Of a stretch of DNA of 64,000 nt, positions 9,993 through 22,027 are shown in pieces. The stretch lies in NCBI RefSeq assembly GCF_039541115.1, contig NZ_BAABFP010000002.1, positions 1,054,001 to 1,118,000 on the forward strand. Direction: 5' to 3'. This stretch comes from Angustibacter luteus. GTDB taxonomy: Bacteria > Actinomycetota > Actinomycetes > Actinomycetales > Angustibacteraceae. Within the stretch, counting starts at the first letter, position 1. Every line of letters starts with the position of its first letter. The position numbers and the translations under genes were made by a program. The notes under the pieces are model-generated. The model made no database searches. It had not been told where the DNA came from and saw nothing but the letters and a program-made list of their open reading frames with translations.

Positions 9993-10189
9993 GGCAGCAC
10001 CGCTTCACCCCGGTCCGTGAGCCGCACCCCGAGCGGACCACGTTCGAACAGCCGACAGCCCAACCGGCGCTCGAGCGTCTGGATCCGCTGGCTCAGTCCC
10101 GGCTGGGAGTACCCCAGCGCGGGCGCGGCCTCCGAGATGGACCCGATCTCTGACACCTGCACGAAGGCGTGCAGCAACGCGACGTCCAC
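9932..10189 (-). CDS. LysR-type HTH-only protein (about 85 aa)
   Basis: AFVQVSEIGSISEAAPALGYSQPGLSQRIQTLERRLGCRLFER LysR HTH; AGGAGG SD 7 nt before GTG; no effector domain. Confidence 0.75.
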   Translation of the reverse strand: MDVALLHAFVQVSEIGSISEAAPALGYSQPGLSQRIQTLERRLGCRLFERGPLGVRLTDRGEAVLPYARIMIGVADALRAEARRD

Positions 10190-10313
10190 GATCACCCCTC
10201 CTGCTGGACGTCCCTTGTGGCCCCACGACGCCCAGCTCGCACATTCTGCGGCTATCCGGACATTCCCGTCAAGCGCCACGCCAGTCACTTGTCAGGCCGC
10301 CATCGCCCGCCGT

Positions 10314-10382
10314 CACCCCAGAAAGCGGCATATTCGGGCTGGACGACGCCGAGTGAGCCCGGATAGGCCGCTATTCGGGGTG
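10314..10382. repeat. Long imperfect inverted repeat (terminator or REP-like)
   Basis: CACCCCAGAAAGCGGCATATTCGGGCT pairs with AGCCCGGATAGGCCGCTATTCGGGGTG just downstream of the nuo-polyprenyl synthase operon. Confidence 0.6.
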
Positions 10383-10403
10383 GTGGGCGGCGGAGCGGGA
10401 AGG

Positions 10404-11423
10404 TCAGGCGGAGCGGTCGACGACGCCGTCGGCGAGCAGCGACAGCGCCGTGCGGACCTGGCCCTGCGGCAGCGCCTCGAGCACCGCGCGGGCGTCCTGC
10501 GCCCACTGCCGGGTGGTCACCCGGGCCCGCTCCATCGCCGGGTGCGCCCGCAGCAGACCCAGGGTCTCGGCGTGCAGCGCGTCGTCCGTCAGCGGGCCGG
10601 CCAGCAGCTCCAGCAGCCGGGCGTCCGCCGGGTCGGTGGACTCCTGGGCGTACAGCACGGGCAGGGTCGCGACCCCCTCGCGCAGGTCGGTCCCGGGGGT
10701 CTTGCCGGACTGGCCCGACTCCGACGCCAGGTCGATCAGGTCGTCGGCCAGCTGGAACGCGACGCCGATCCGCTCGCCGTACACCCGCAGGATCTCGGTC
10801 GTCGCGTCGTCCGCCCCGCCGAACCAGGCACCGAACCGGCAGGACGTCGCGATCAGGACGCCGGTCTTCTCAGCCAGCACGGTCAGGTAGTGCTCCACCG
10901 GGTCCTGCCCCTCGGCCGGACCCACCGTCTCGCGGATCTGCCCCGAGCAGAGCACCTCGAAGGTCATGGCCTGCACCCGAACGGCTTCGGCCCCCAGGTC
11001 GGCGACCACCTGCGACGCGCGCGCGAACAGCAGGTCCCCGGTGAGGATCGCGACCGTGTTGCCCCACCGCGAGTTCGCGCTCTGCGAGCCCCGGCGCAGC
11101 AGCGCCTCGTCCATCACGTCGTCGTGGTACAGGGACGCGAGGTGGGTCAGCTCGACCACCACCGCGGCCTTGACGACATCGTCCAGGACCTTGCCGGCGT
11201 GCGGTCCCGCCTGGGACGACAGCACGGTCAGCAGGGGTCGGAACCGCTTGCCGCCAGCCTCGAGCAGGTGCCCCGCCGCGGTGGCGATGTAGTTGTCCAC
11301 GTGGCCCACCGACTCGCGCAGGGACGCCTCGACCCGGGCCATCGCCTCCTCGACCGTGGCCTCGAGCGCCGGGTCGTCGAAGGGCAGCCCGAAGGAGCTC
11401 GCGCCGCCCGGGGCGGCGCTCAC
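10404..11423 (-). CDS. Polyprenyl diphosphate synthase (menaquinone side chain)
   Basis: GGKRFRP, LYHDDVMD first Asp-rich motif, FQLADD, GKTPGTDLREG. Confidence 0.93.
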   Translation of the reverse strand: MSAAPGGASSFGLPFDDPALEATVEEAMARVEASLRESVGHVDNYIATAAGHLLEAGGKRFRPLLTVLSSQAGPHAGKVLDDVVKAAVVVELTHLASLYHDDVMDEALLRRGSQSANSRWGNTVAILTGDLLFARASQVVADLGAEAVRVQAMTFEVLCSGQIRETVGPAEGQDPVEHYLTVLAEKTGVLIATSCRFGAWFGGADDATTEILRVYGERIGVAFQLADDLIDLASESGQSGKTPGTDLREGVATLPVLYAQESTDPADARLLELLAGPLTDDALHAETLGLLRAHPAMERARVTTRQWAQDARAVLEALPQGQVRTALSLLADGVVDRSA

Positions 11424-12976
11424 GGCAGGAACAGTGCCGACCGGCTCGCCAGGTCCAGCAGCGGTCCGGGCAGCACCCCCAGCACCAGGGTCATCAGGAC
11501 GCCGACACCGATGGCCACCGTGGTGAACGCGCTGGGCGCGGCGACCACCGTGCCCTCGACGTCCGGGTCGGAGAAGTACATGAGCACGATAATCCGGACG
11601 TAGAAGAACGCCGCGATCGCGCTGCACACGACGCCGACCACAGCCAGCCAGGTGCCACCGTGCCCGATCGCCGCCGAGAACACGGCGAACTTGCCGGTGA
11701 AGCCCGACGTCAGCGGGATCCCGGCGAAGGCGAGCAGGAAGAAGGTGAACACGGCCGCCAGCACCGGCGAACGGCGGGCCAGCCCGGCCCACTGCGACAG
11801 GTGAGTGGCCTCCCCCGCGCTGTCCCGCACCAGCGTGACCACCGCGAACGCGCCGATCGTGGTGAAGCCGTACGCCGCGAGGTAGAACATCGAGCCGGCC
11901 AGACCGGTGCGGTCGAACGCGAGCACCCCGACGAGGATGAAGCCGGCGTGCGCGATCGAGGAGTAGGCGAGCATGCGCTTGATGTCCGTCTGGGTGATCG
12001 CGAGCACCGAGCCGATGATCATCGTGGCGATGGCCACCGCCCAGATGATGGGCTGCCAGTCCCAGCGCGACGGCCCGATGCCGATGTAGAAGACCCGCAG
12101 CATGGCGCCGAACGCGGCCACCTTGGTGCACGCCGCCATGAAGCCGGTGACCGGAGTGGGCGCGCCCTGGTAGACGTCCGGCGTCCAGGCGTGGAACGGC
12201 ACCGCGCCGACCTTGAACAGCAGGCCGATCGAGACCATCGCGACGCCGATCAGCATCAGCGCGTCGGCGTCGCCGCGGCTGCTGATCGCGGTCGCGATGG
12301 CGCTGAGGTTCAGCGAGCCCGCGAAGCCGAACAGCAGGGCCGAGCCGAACAGGAAGAACGCCGACGAGAACGCCCCGAGCAGGAAGTACTTGAGCGCGGC
12401 CTCCTGGGAGAGCAGGCGCCGGCGACGCGCCAGCCCGCAGAGCAGGTACAACGGCAACGAGAAGACCTCGAGGGCGACGAAGAGCAGCAGCAGGTCGTTC
12501 GAGGCGGGGAAGAGCATCATGCCGCCGACGGACAGCAGCGTCAGCGGGAACACCTCGGTCTGCAGCCACCCGGCGCGCGAGCTGGACGCCTCGTACGACG
12601 AGCCGGGGACGCTGGCCGCGGTGGAGACGAACGCGTCCCCCTCGTTGCCGTCGAACCTCTCGGCCATGGTGAGCACGGCGAGGAGCGACAGCAGCAGGAT
12701 GGTGCCCTGGAAGAACAGGGCCGGTGCGTCCACGACCACGGCACCGGCTGCCGTCGTGGACTTGGTGTGCCCGGACGCCAGGACGACGGCGACGAACGCC
12801 GCGGCCAGCGCGACCAGGGTCAGCGGCACCTGGATGACGTACCGCGACCGGCGCGGCGCGAAGGCCTCGACCAGCACGCCGAGCAGCGCGCCCCCCAGCA
12901 CGATGAGCATCGGGGCGACCAGGTGGTAGGAGATCGAGGGCGCGTGCACCTCGGCCGTCACCAGCGCGGCGGTCAC
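11420..12976 (-). CDS. nuoN: NADH-quinone oxidoreductase subunit N
   Basis: EAALKYFLLG, FKVGAVPFHAWTPDVYQGAP, KRMLAYSSIAH. Confidence 0.96.
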   Translation of the reverse strand: MTAALVTAEVHAPSISYHLVAPMLIVLGGALLGVLVEAFAPRRSRYVIQVPLTLVALAAAFVAVVLASGHTKSTTAAGAVVVDAPALFFQGTILLLSLLAVLTMAERFDGNEGDAFVSTAASVPGSSYEASSSRAGWLQTEVFPLTLLSVGGMMLFPASNDLLLLFVALEVFSLPLYLLCGLARRRRLLSQEAALKYFLLGAFSSAFFLFGSALLFGFAGSLNLSAIATAISSRGDADALMLIGVAMVSIGLLFKVGAVPFHAWTPDVYQGAPTPVTGFMAACTKVAAFGAMLRVFYIGIGPSRWDWQPIIWAVAIATMIIGSVLAITQTDIKRMLAYSSIAHAGFILVGVLAFDRTGLAGSMFYLAAYGFTTIGAFAVVTLVRDSAGEATHLSQWAGLARRSPVLAAVFTFFLLAFAGIPLTSGFTGKFAVFSAAIGHGGTWLAVVGVVCSAIAAFFYVRIIVLMYFSDPDVEGTVVAAPSAFTTVAIGVGVLMTLVLGVLPGPLLDLASRSALFLP

Positions 12977-14505
12977 TTCGCGGTCCCTTCAGCTTCGGGG
13001 GCGACCTTCGGTGCCGGGTCGGTGACCCCCACCTGGGTCATGGTGTGCTTCACGGCCGGGTTGACGACGTCCAGCACCACGTTCGGGAAGAACCCGAGCC
13101 CGATGATGGCCGCGATCACCGGCGCCACGACCCACGCCTCGCGGGCGGTCAGGTCGTGGGTGCCGGCGGCCGACTCGGGCTTGGGCCCCGTCATCATGCG
13201 CTGGTACATCAGCAGGATGTAGATGGCCGCCAGGATGATGCCCACGGTCGCCACCACCCCCGCCGCCGGGTAGCGCGAGAACGTCCCCACCAGCACCAGG
13301 AACTCGCTGACGAAGCTCGACAGGCCGGGCAGCGCCAGGCTCGACAGGCCGGCGACCAGGAACACGCCGGCCACCAGCGGCGTGACCCGCTGCCACCCAC
13401 CGAAGTCGGGGATGCGCCGCGAGCCCCGCCTGGTCGTCAGCATCGCCGCGACCAGGAACAGTGCCGCGGTGGAGAAGCCGTGGTTGACCATGTACAGCGT
13501 CGAGCCGGTCTGCCCCGGCGAGGTCATCGCGAAGATGCCGAGCACGATGAAGCCGAAGTGCGAGATCGAGGTGTACGCGATCAGGCGCATGACGTCGGTC
13601 TGTCCGATCGCCAGCAGCGCGCCGTAGACGATGGAGATCAGCGCCAGCACGATGACCACCGGGGTCGCCCACTTCGCGGCGTCCGGGAACAGCGGCAGGC
13701 AGAACCGGATCATCCCGAAGGTGCCGACCTTGTCGAGCACGCCGACCAGCAGCACCGCGACGGGCGGCGGCGCCTCGGACGCGGCGTCCGGCAGCCAGGT
13801 GTGCACCGGGAACATCGGCGCCTTGACCGCGAACGCGAAGAAGAAGCCGAGGAACATCAGCCGCTCGGCACCCACGCCCATGTGCAGGCCGGTCAGGTTG
13901 CTGAGCAGGAAGCCCTGCGGGCCGCCAGGGCCGGCGAAGTACAGCGCGATGACAGCGACGAGCATGACCAGCCCGCCGGCCAGCGAGTACAGCAGGAACT
14001 TCACCGCGGCGTACTGGCGCTGCGCGCCACCGAAGGACCCGATCAGGAAGTAGACGGGGATCAGCATCGCCTCGAAGAAGACGTAGAACAGGAACACGTC
14101 AGTGGCCGCGAAGACGCCGACCATGAACGTCTCGAGAACCAGCATCAGCGCGAAGTAGTTCTGCTCGCGGCGACCAACCTCGGGGACGTCGTGCCAGGCC
14201 GCGAGGATGCACACCGGGGTCAGCGCGGCCGCCAGCGCGATCAGCACCAGGGCGATGCCGTCGACGCCCACGGCGTAGCTCACACCGAACTGCTTGATCC
14301 ACTCGTGCTGCTCGCTGAACTGGAACTGCGCGCCGTTCGGATCGAACTTCAGCGCCATCGCCACGACGAGGGCGAGGGTCAGCACCGAGACCGCCAGCGC
14401 GACGTGCTTGGCGCGCGAGGCCAGGCTCGCGGGCAGCGCCGCCACCAGCGCACCGCCGACCAGCGGGACGGCACCGATCACCGTGATCCACGGGAACTCG
14501 TTCAT
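12973..14505 (-). CDS. nuoM: NADH-quinone oxidoreductase subunit M
   Basis: [28 protein letters not shown]; operon position. Confidence 0.96.
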   Translation of the reverse strand: MNEFPWITVIGAVPLVGGALVAALPASLASRAKHVALAVSVLTLALVVAMALKFDPNGAQFQFSEQHEWIKQFGVSYAVGVDGIALVLIALAAALTPVCILAAWHDVPEVGRREQNYFALMLVLETFMVGVFAATDVFLFYVFFEAMLIPVYFLIGSFGGAQRQYAAVKFLLYSLAGGLVMLVAVIALYFAGPGGPQGFLLSNLTGLHMGVGAERLMFLGFFFAFAVKAPMFPVHTWLPDAASEAPPPVAVLLVGVLDKVGTFGMIRFCLPLFPDAAKWATPVVIVLALISIVYGALLAIGQTDVMRLIAYTSISHFGFIVLGIFAMTSPGQTGSTLYMVNHGFSTAALFLVAAMLTTRRGSRRIPDFGGWQRVTPLVAGVFLVAGLSSLALPGLSSFVSEFLVLVGTFSRYPAAGVVATVGIILAAIYILLMYQRMMTGPKPESAAGTHDLTAREAWVVAPVIAAIIGLGFFPNVVLDVVNPAVKHTMTQVGVTDPAPKVAPEAEGTAK

Positions 14506-16454
14506 CGGATCACCGCCAGGGCGACCAGGACGACGACCACGCCGCCGAGCATGCTGAGCGCGTAGGACCGCACGAAACCGTTCTGCCACCTTCGCAATCG
14601 GGCAGACGTGCCGCCCACGAACGCGGCAAGACCACCGACGGCGCCGTCCACGCCCTTGTTGTCGACGAAGACCAGCGAACGGGTCAGGTGCTGGCCGGGA
14701 CGCATGAGTACGGCCTCGTTCACGTCGTCCTGGAACAGGTCGCGGCGGGCCGCGCGGGTCGCCAGGGAGCCCACGGGGGCGGTCTGCGGGACGGCCTCGC
14801 GGATGTAGCGCGCCCACGCCAGGACGATGCCGACAGCCACGAGCACCAGCGTGCCGATGGCGATGACCGGCACGGGCAGCACGGGCTCGTCGTGCGGCGG
14901 GTGGCCGACCACCGGGGACAGCCAGTCGGTGATCCAGCCCGTCGGCCCGAGGATCAGGCCGAGGGACGCCGAGCCGACGGCCAGCACCATCATCGGGATG
15001 GTCATGACCAGCGAGGACTCGTGCGGGTGCTGGTCGTCCTCCCAGCGCTTCTTGCCGTGGAAGGTCATGAAGAACAACCGCGACATGTAGAACGCCGTGA
15101 TCCCGGCCCCGATCAGGGCGGCGCCGCCGAACACCCACGGGCGCCAGCCCTCACCGACGAAGGCTGCTTCAATGATCTTGTCCTTGCTCCAGTAGCCCGA
15201 GAAGGGCGGCACCCCCATGATGGCGAGCCAGCCGAGTCCGAAGGTGACCCAGGTGATCTTCATGACGGTCGACAGGATCCCGTAGCGCCGCATGTCCGTG
15301 CGGTCGTTCATGCCGTGCATGACCGAACCGGCGCCGAGGAACATGCCCGCCTTGAAGAAGCCGTGGTTGAGCAGGTGGAAGATCGCGAAGACGTAGCCCA
15401 CCGGCCCCAGGCCCGCGGCCAGCATCATGTAGCCGATCTGGCTCATCGTCGAGGCGGCGAGCGCCTTCTTGATGTCGTCCTTCGCGCAGCCGACGATCGC
15501 CCCGAAGATCAGCGTGATCGCGCCGACGATGACGACGACCAGCTGCGCGTCCGGCGTCAGGTTGAAGATGGGGTTGGACCGGACGACGAGGTACACCCCC
15601 GCGGTCACCATGGTGGCCGCGTGGATCAGCGCGGACACCGGCGTCGGACCGGCCATCGCGTCGCCGAGCCAGGACTGCAGCGGGAACTGCGCGGACTTGC
15701 CGCAGGCCCCGAGCAGCAGCATCAGGCCGATGGCGGTCACCGCTCCCTGGGAGGCGCCGTCCGCGCCGGCGAACACGGACTGGAAGTCCACCGCGCCGAA
15801 CTGCACGAACATGATCATGATCGCGACGGAGAGCCCGAAGTCACCGACCCGGTTGGCCACGAAGGCCTTCTTGGACGCCGCCGCGTACGCCGAGTTCTGG
15901 TTCCAGAAGCCGATCAGCAGGTACGACGCCAGACCGACGCCCTCCCAGCCGACGTAGAGCAGCAGGTAGCTGTCGGCCAAGACGAGCAGCAGCATCGAGG
16001 CGACGAAGAGGTTCAGGTACGCGAAGAACCGGCGCCGGTCGGGGTCGTGCTCCATGTACGCGACGGAGTAGACCAGGATCAGCGAGCCGACGAAGGTGAT
16101 CAGCAGGCAGAAGGCGACCGACAGCTGGTCGAGCATCAGCCCGGCCTCGAGCTTGAACGACCCGGCGGAGATCCAGCTGTACAGGTTCTGGACGTATCCG
16201 CGCTCCTCGGACGGCTTCCCGAGCATCGCGACGAACAGGACCAGCGCGACGACGAACGCGCCCCAGGACAGCGCGACGGCGAGCAGGTGGCCCCAGCGGT
16301 TCGTCCTGCGTCCGCCGAGCAGCAGCACCGCGGCACCGAGCAGCGGCAGGCCGATCATCAGCCAGGTGATCGAGAACACCCCTGAGGCCGCGGCGTACGT
16401 CACGTCCGCCGCGCGCACGCCGCTTTCGGCCGCGAGTACCGATGTGGTCGTCAT
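14502..16454 (-). CDS. nuoL: NADH-quinone oxidoreductase subunit L
   Basis: [35 protein letters not shown]. Confidence 0.96.
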   Translation of the reverse strand: MTTTSVLAAESGVRAADVTYAAASGVFSITWLMIGLPLLGAAVLLLGGRRTNRWGHLLAVALSWGAFVVALVLFVAMLGKPSEERGYVQNLYSWISAGSFKLEAGLMLDQLSVAFCLLITFVGSLILVYSVAYMEHDPDRRRFFAYLNLFVASMLLLVLADSYLLLYVGWEGVGLASYLLIGFWNQNSAYAAASKKAFVANRVGDFGLSVAIMIMFVQFGAVDFQSVFAGADGASQGAVTAIGLMLLLGACGKSAQFPLQSWLGDAMAGPTPVSALIHAATMVTAGVYLVVRSNPIFNLTPDAQLVVVIVGAITLIFGAIVGCAKDDIKKALAASTMSQIGYMMLAAGLGPVGYVFAIFHLLNHGFFKAGMFLGAGSVMHGMNDRTDMRRYGILSTVMKITWVTFGLGWLAIMGVPPFSGYWSKDKIIEAAFVGEGWRPWVFGGAALIGAGITAFYMSRLFFMTFHGKKRWEDDQHPHESSLVMTIPMMVLAVGSASLGLILGPTGWITDWLSPVVGHPPHDEPVLPVPVIAIGTLVLVAVGIVLAWARYIREAVPQTAPVGSLATRAARRDLFQDDVNEAVLMRPGQHLTRSLVFVDNKGVDGAVGGLAAFVGGTSARLRRWQNGFVRSYALSMLGGVVVVLVALAVIR

Positions 16455-16485
16455 CTGGGTATCGAATCCGTTCCGGTTCTGGTGC

Positions 16486-16785
16486 TCAGAGCTTGAGGAG
16501 GTTGGCGTCGTCGACGGAGGCCGAACGGCGGGCGCGGAAGATGCTGAGGATGATCGCCAGCCCCACCACGACCTCGGCGGCGGCCACCAGCATCACGAAC
16601 AGCGCGACGACCTGGCCGTCCAACGTGCCCTGCATGCGAGCGAAGGTCACGAACAGCAGGTTGGTCGCGTTCAGCATCAGCTCGACGCCCATGAACACGA
16701 CGATCGCGTTGCGGCGCAGCAGCACCGTGGCCGACCCGATGGAGAAGAGGATCGCGGACAGGTACAGGTAGTTGTCCAGGCTCAT
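16486..16785 (-). CDS. nuoK: NADH-quinone oxidoreductase subunit K
   Basis: [28 protein letters not shown]. Confidence 0.95.
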   Translation of the reverse strand: MSLDNYLYLSAILFSIGSATVLLRRNAIVVFMGVELMLNATNLLFVTFARMQGTLDGQVVALFVMLVAAAEVVVGLAIILSIFRARRSASVDDANLLKL

Positions 16786-17597
16786 CGCCGGCCTCCCTGC
16801 TCGACGTCGTCCTCGATGGCCGGTACGGCCTGGTCGAACTCCTCCTTGGCGCGGACCTGCTCGCGCACCCGCAGCACCCGGGACACGGACAGCTCGCTCG
16901 GCGTCCCGTCCGGCAGCAGCGCGGGCGTGTCGACCGCGTTGTGCCGGGCGAAGACACCGGGGGCCGGCAGGCCCGAGGGCATCCGGCCGGAGCGGAAGCG
17001 CTCCTCGGACTGCACCCGCTGGGTCCGCTTGATGCCGAGCTGCTCGCGGTGGGCCAGGATCATCGCGCCCAGCGCCGCCGTGATCAGCAGCGCGCTGGTC
17101 ACCTCGAAGGCCCAGACGTACTTGCCGAAGATCAGGTCGGCGATGCCGTTGACGTTGCCGTCCGCGTTCGCCTCCTCCAGCCCGGCCGGCGCACCGAAGG
17201 TCACCGAACCGATGCCGGCGATGAGCAGGATGCCGAGGCCGGTCGCCAGCAGCGCACCGACCCAGCGCTGGGCGGTGATCGTCTCGACCAACGAGTCGGC
17301 CGAGTCGACACCGATCAGCATGAGCACGAACAGGAAGAGCATCATCACGGCGCCGGTGTAGACGAACACCTGGATGACACCGAGGAAGTCGGCGTCCTGC
17401 ACCAGGTAGATGATGCCGAGGCTGACCATGACCAACGCCATGCCGAGGGCCGCGTGCACGGCCTTCTTGGCGAAGACCAGCCCGAGGGCCGCAATCACCA
17501 TGACCGGCGCGAGCACCCAGAACAGCACGGTCTCGGCGCTGCCCGGGGCGGGGTCGCCGGCCGCCAGCACCTGGGCGGACATCGCGAACGCGCTCAT
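16782..17597 (-). CDS. nuoJ: NADH-quinone oxidoreductase subunit J
   Basis: [27 protein letters not shown]. Confidence 0.95.
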   Translation of the reverse strand: MSAFAMSAQVLAAGDPAPGSAETVLFWVLAPVMVIAALGLVFAKKAVHAALGMALVMVSLGIIYLVQDADFLGVIQVFVYTGAVMMLFLFVLMLIGVDSADSLVETITAQRWVGALLATGLGILLIAGIGSVTFGAPAGLEEANADGNVNGIADLIFGKYVWAFEVTSALLITAALGAMILAHREQLGIKRTQRVQSEERFRSGRMPSGLPAPGVFARHNAVDTPALLPDGTPSELSVSRVLRVREQVRAKEEFDQAVPAIEDDVEQGGRR

Positions 17598-18226
17598 CCG
17601 CCGACCTCCTCGGCCTGCTGGTCGACCCACGCCTGCTGCTCCGTGGTCGCCTTGACGACCTCGCCGCGGTAGTAGCTCTTGTCGGTCGCACCGTCGGGCA
17701 TGGGGTGCGGGGGCGCGAGCATGCCGGACTGCAGCGGCGCGAGCAGCATGTCCTTGTCGAAGATGAGCTTGCCGCGGGAGTCGTCGGCCAGCTCGTACTC
17801 GTTCGTCATGGTCAGCGCGCGCGTCGGGCAGGCCTCGATGCACAGGCCGCAGAAGATGCAGCGCAGGTAGTTGATCTGGTAGACGCGTCCGTAGCGCTCA
17901 CCCGGCGAGAACCGCCCACCCTCGGTGTTGTCGGCGCCCTCGACGTAGATGGCGTCCGCCGGGCAGGCCCAGGCGCACAGCTCGCAGCCGATGCACTTCT
18001 CCAGCCCGTCCGGGTGCCGGTTGAGCTGGTGCCGACCGTGGTAGCGCGGCTCTGTCGGTCGGGGCTTCTCGGGGTACTCCTCGGTGGCCACCTTGCGGAA
18101 CATGGTCGAGAAGCTCACCCCGAACCCGGCGACCTGCGGCGCGAACCGGGACAGCACTCCCGGGTTGTCGCTCTTGCGGGGCTCGCGCCACTGCGCGCGA
18201 CCGCGTCCAGTGGTGTCGTCAGCCAC
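17594..18226 (-). CDS. nuoI: NADH-quinone oxidoreductase subunit I
   Basis: Two CxxCxxCxxxCP 4Fe-4S motifs. Confidence 0.96.
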   Translation of the reverse strand: MADDTTGRGRAQWREPRKSDNPGVLSRFAPQVAGFGVSFSTMFRKVATEEYPEKPRPTEPRYHGRHQLNRHPDGLEKCIGCELCAWACPADAIYVEGADNTEGGRFSPGERYGRVYQINYLRCIFCGLCIEACPTRALTMTNEYELADDSRGKLIFDKDMLLAPLQSGMLAPPHPMPDGATDKSYYRGEVVKATTEQQAWVDQQAEEVGG

Positions 18227-19562
18227 GGGGATCCTCCTCGGGCAGGGGCTCGTCGTCGGGGTCGCCGGCGGCGGTCAGGGCGGCGACCTTCGGCCGTGCC
18301 CCACGGGTCAGCATCGCGGTCTGGCCGGGCAGCGGGGGCACGGGGTGTCCGCCGGCGAACGGGTCGACCTCACCGAGCTCCCAACCGACCTGCTCGTCCT
18401 CCTCAGGACTGCGGGTCGCGTCGATCACCCAGACGATGGCGATGGCGATCACACCGACCACGGCGATCCCGAGGAAGAGCTGGCGGCGGGTGATGTCGGT
18501 CATCGGGATCGCGCGGATGAACGCGACGCCGATGATCCACAGCAGGCTGGTCGGGATGAGGAACTTCCAGCCGAACCGCATGAACTGGTCGTACCGCACC
18601 CGCGGCAACGAGCCACGCACCCAGACGAAGAAGAACAGGAACATCCAGAGCTTGATGACGAACCAGAGCACCGGCCACCAGCCGGTGTTGAACATCCCGT
18701 CGTTGATCGTGGAGATCGGCCACGGTGCCCGCCAACCACCCAGGAACAGCGTGGTCGCCAGCGCGGAGACGGTGACCATGTTGACGTACTCGGCCAGGAA
18801 GAACAGCGCGAACTTCAGCGACGAGTACTCGGTGTGGAAGCCGCCGGTCAGCTCGCCCTCGCCCTCGGCCAGGTCGAACGGCAGGCGGTTGGTCTCGCCC
18901 AGCATCGTGATGACGTAGACCACGAACGAGAAGATCGCGGAGATGATGAACCACTGGTGCGTCTGCGCGTAGACGATCTCGGACGTCGACAGCGAGCCCG
19001 CGTAGAGGAACACCGGGATGAGCGAGAGGCCCATGGCGATCTCGTAGCTGACGATCTGCGCCGAGGAGCGCAGCCCGCCGAGCAACGGGTACGTCGAGCC
19101 CGACGACCAGCCGGCCAGCAGGATTCCGTAGACCCCCACGCTCGCCACGGCCAGCACGAAGATGACGGCGACCGGGATGTCGGTCAGCTGCAACGGCGTC
19201 ATGTGCCCAGCGATGGACACGGAGGGTCCGAACGGGATGATCGCGAACCCGATGAAGCAGCACGTGGCGGCGATGATCGGCGCCGCGATGAAGACCGCCT
19301 TGTGGGCGTTCTTGGGGATGATGTCTTCCTTCAGGGCCAGCTTGATGCCGTCCGCGAGGGTCTGCAGCAGGCCGAACGGGCCGGTCCGGTTCGGGCCGGG
19401 ACGCTGCTGCATCCGCCCGATCACCCGGCGCTCGAACCAGATCAGCAGCAGCGTGGTGACGACCAGGAACACGAAGATGGCCAGGGCCTTGCCCACCACC
19501 AGCCACCACGTGTCCTGGCTGAAGTCGGCGGCGCCGTCCGCGGCGAACAGTGCAGTGCTCAC
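18219..19562 (-). CDS. nuoH: NADH-quinone oxidoreductase subunit H
   Basis: [38 protein letters not shown]. Confidence 0.96.
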   Translation of the reverse strand: MSTALFAADGAADFSQDTWWLVVGKALAIFVFLVVTTLLLIWFERRVIGRMQQRPGPNRTGPFGLLQTLADGIKLALKEDIIPKNAHKAVFIAAPIIAATCCFIGFAIIPFGPSVSIAGHMTPLQLTDIPVAVIFVLAVASVGVYGILLAGWSSGSTYPLLGGLRSSAQIVSYEIAMGLSLIPVFLYAGSLSTSEIVYAQTHQWFIISAIFSFVVYVITMLGETNRLPFDLAEGEGELTGGFHTEYSSLKFALFFLAEYVNMVTVSALATTLFLGGWRAPWPISTINDGMFNTGWWPVLWFVIKLWMFLFFFVWVRGSLPRVRYDQFMRFGWKFLIPTSLLWIIGVAFIRAIPMTDITRRQLFLGIAVVGVIAIAIVWVIDATRSPEEDEQVGWELGEVDPFAGGHPVPPLPGQTAMLTRGARPKVAALTAAGDPDDEPLPEEDPRG

Positions 19563-22027
19563 GCCAGCACACCTCCCCTGCTCAGCGTGACGACGGCGCC
19601 GGCATCGACACCCAAGGTGGCGCGCACGGCGAACCCGGTCTGGTTGGTCGGCAGCCACACCGCGCGGTCCGGCAGGTCGGTGACCGCCAGCGGCAGCGTC
19701 AGCGAGCCCCGCTCGGACGTCACGGTGACCAGCTCGCCGTCCTCGACGCCGACCTCGGCCGCGGTGGCGGCGGACAGCCGGGCGACCGGACGACGTGCCG
19801 TACCCGCCAGCCACGGCTCGCCGTCCTGCTGGCTCCCCGCGTCGAGCAGCAGGTGCCAGGTGGCGAGCACGGCCTGGTTCGGTCCTACGGACGGTGGCTC
19901 GGCCGCGTCCTTGGCCGGCGCTGCGGCTCGCTCGCCGTCCCAGACGGCGACCTCGGCCGCCTCCGCGCGGACCGCGTCCAGCGAGTGCAGGCCGAGCACC
20001 ACGTCGAGCTCGTCCGCGATCATGTCGAGCACCCGGTAGTCGCTGTTGGCGCTGGAGTCCAGCACCGTGTCGAACGGGCGCTCGCGCCCCTCCCACGACC
20101 AGAAGGTGCCGCCCTTCTCAGCCACCGGGGCGACCGGCAGGACGACGTCCGCGCGCTCGGTGACCGCGCTCGTCCGGATCTCGAGGGAGACGACGAAACC
20201 GGCGCCGTCCAGGGCGTCCAGGGCCAGCTGCGGGTCGGGCAGGTCGGCCGGGTCGACGCCACCGACCAGCAGGCCACCGAGCTCGCCGCTGAGGACGTCC
20301 GCCAGCATCTGGCTGGTGTCGCGTCCCTCGTCGAAGGGCAGGTGCTCCACGCCCCAGGCAGCTGCCAGGTCCACCCGGGCCGCGGCGTCGGAGACCGGGC
20401 GAGCACCAGGCAGCAGGTTCGGCAGCGCGCCGGCCTCGACCGCGCCGCGCTCACCCGCACGGCGCGGCACCCAGGCCAGCCGGGCGCCGGTCACGTCGGC
20501 CAGTCGCAGCACGGCGGTCAAGGCACCCGGCACGGTCCCGAGCCGCTCGCCGACCAGGATCACCGAACCGTTGGTGCGCAACAGCTTCGTGGTGTCCGCG
20601 ACCTCGCTCGCGCCGTCCGCGATGGCGGCGACGACCTCGGCCTCGGTGCCCGGGCCGGCCGGGATCAGCCGGCCGTCGAGCTTGGTCAGCCCGCGGGTCG
20701 CCCAGCTGGCCACCGACACGACCTGCTGGCGGTGCTCGCGCACCGCCTTGCGCAGGCGCAGGAACACGATCGGCGACTCCTCCTCGGGCTCGAACCCGAC
20801 GAGCAGGACGGCGGGCGCCGCCTCGAGCTCGGCGTAGTCCACTCCCTCGGTGCCGACCCAGGCGCCGGCCACGGCGTGCGCGAGGAACTCGGCCTCCTCG
20901 GCCGAGTGCGGGCGAGCCCGGAAGTCGATGTCGTTGGTGTCCAGCACGGTGCGCGCGAACTTGGCGTAGGCGTACGCGTCCTCGTGGGTGACCCGGCCGC
21001 CGGTCAGCACGCCGACCCCACCGGCCGCGCGCGCGGCCGAGAGCCCCTGCGCCGCAACGGCCAGCGCCTCGGGCCAGGACGCGATCTGCAGGTCACCGGT
21101 CTCGACGTCGCGCACCATCGGGTGCGTGAGCCGCTCGGAGGTGGCGTACTGGAAGGCCCAGCGCCCCTTGTCGCAGTTCCACTCCTCGTTGACCTCGGGG
21201 TCGTTCAGCGCCAGTCGGCGCAGCACGACGCCGCGCCGGGTGTCGGTGCGGATCGCACAGCCGGACGCGCAGTGCTCGCACACGCTCGGGGTCGACTTCA
21301 GGTCGAACGGGCGGCTACGGAACCGGTACGCCGCACCGGTCAGCGCGCCGACCGGGCAGATCTGCACGGTGTTGCCGCTGAAGTAGCTCTCGAACGGGTC
21401 CTTGGCGTAGATGCCGACCTGCTGCAGTGCGCCGCGCTCCACCAGCTCGATGAACGGGTCGCCGGCGATCTGCTTGGAGAACCGGGTGCAGCGGGCGCAC
21501 AGCACGCAGCGGTCGCGGTCCAGGAGCACCTGGCTGGAGATGTTGACGGGCTTGGGGAACGTGCGCTTGACGTCCACGAAGCGGGACTCGCTGCGGCCGT
21601 TGGACATCGCCTGGTTCTGCAGCGGGCACTCGCCGCCCTTGTCGCAGACCGGGCAGTCCAGCGGGTGGTTGATCAGCAGCAGCTCCATCACGCCGTGCTG
21701 CGCCTTGTCGGCGACGGGTGAGGTGCGCTGGGTCTTGACCACCATGCCCTCGCCGACGGCGAGGGTGCACGAGGCCTGCGGCTTCGGCATCGGGCGGGGC
21801 GTGCCGTCCGGGCCGGGCATGGACACCTCGACCAGGCACTGGCGGCAGGCGCCGACCGGCTCGAGCAGCGGGTGGTCGCAGAACCGCGGGATCTGGACGC
21901 CGATCTCCTCGGCCGCGCGGATCACGAGCGTGCCCTTGGGCACCTCGACGTCCGCGCCGTCGATGGTCAGGTGGACCAGGTCGTCGCGGGTCGCCGCCTG
22001 GGCGCCGGGGGTCGTGGTGGCGGTCAT
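19559..22027 (-). CDS. nuoG: NADH-quinone oxidoreductase subunit G
   Basis: [41 protein letters not shown]. Confidence 0.96.
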   Translation of the reverse strand: MTATTTPGAQAATRDDLVHLTIDGADVEVPKGTLVIRAAEEIGVQIPRFCDHPLLEPVGACRQCLVEVSMPGPDGTPRPMPKPQASCTLAVGEGMVVKTQRTSPVADKAQHGVMELLLINHPLDCPVCDKGGECPLQNQAMSNGRSESRFVDVKRTFPKPVNISSQVLLDRDRCVLCARCTRFSKQIAGDPFIELVERGALQQVGIYAKDPFESYFSGNTVQICPVGALTGAAYRFRSRPFDLKSTPSVCEHCASGCAIRTDTRRGVVLRRLALNDPEVNEEWNCDKGRWAFQYATSERLTHPMVRDVETGDLQIASWPEALAVAAQGLSAARAAGGVGVLTGGRVTHEDAYAYAKFARTVLDTNDIDFRARPHSAEEAEFLAHAVAGAWVGTEGVDYAELEAAPAVLLVGFEPEEESPIVFLRLRKAVREHRQQVVSVASWATRGLTKLDGRLIPAGPGTEAEVVAAIADGASEVADTTKLLRTNGSVILVGERLGTVPGALTAVLRLADVTGARLAWVPRRAGERGAVEAGALPNLLPGARPVSDAAARVDLAAAWGVEHLPFDEGRDTSQMLADVLSGELGGLLVGGVDPADLPDPQLALDALDGAGFVVSLEIRTSAVTERADVVLPVAPVAEKGGTFWSWEGRERPFDTVLDSSANSDYRVLDMIADELDVVLGLHSLDAVRAEAAEVAVWDGERAAAPAKDAAEPPSVGPNQAVLATWHLLLDAGSQQDGEPWLAGTARRPVARLSAATAAEVGVEDGELVTVTSERGSLTLPLAVTDLPDRAVWLPTNQTGFAVRATLGVDAGAVVTLSRGGVLA

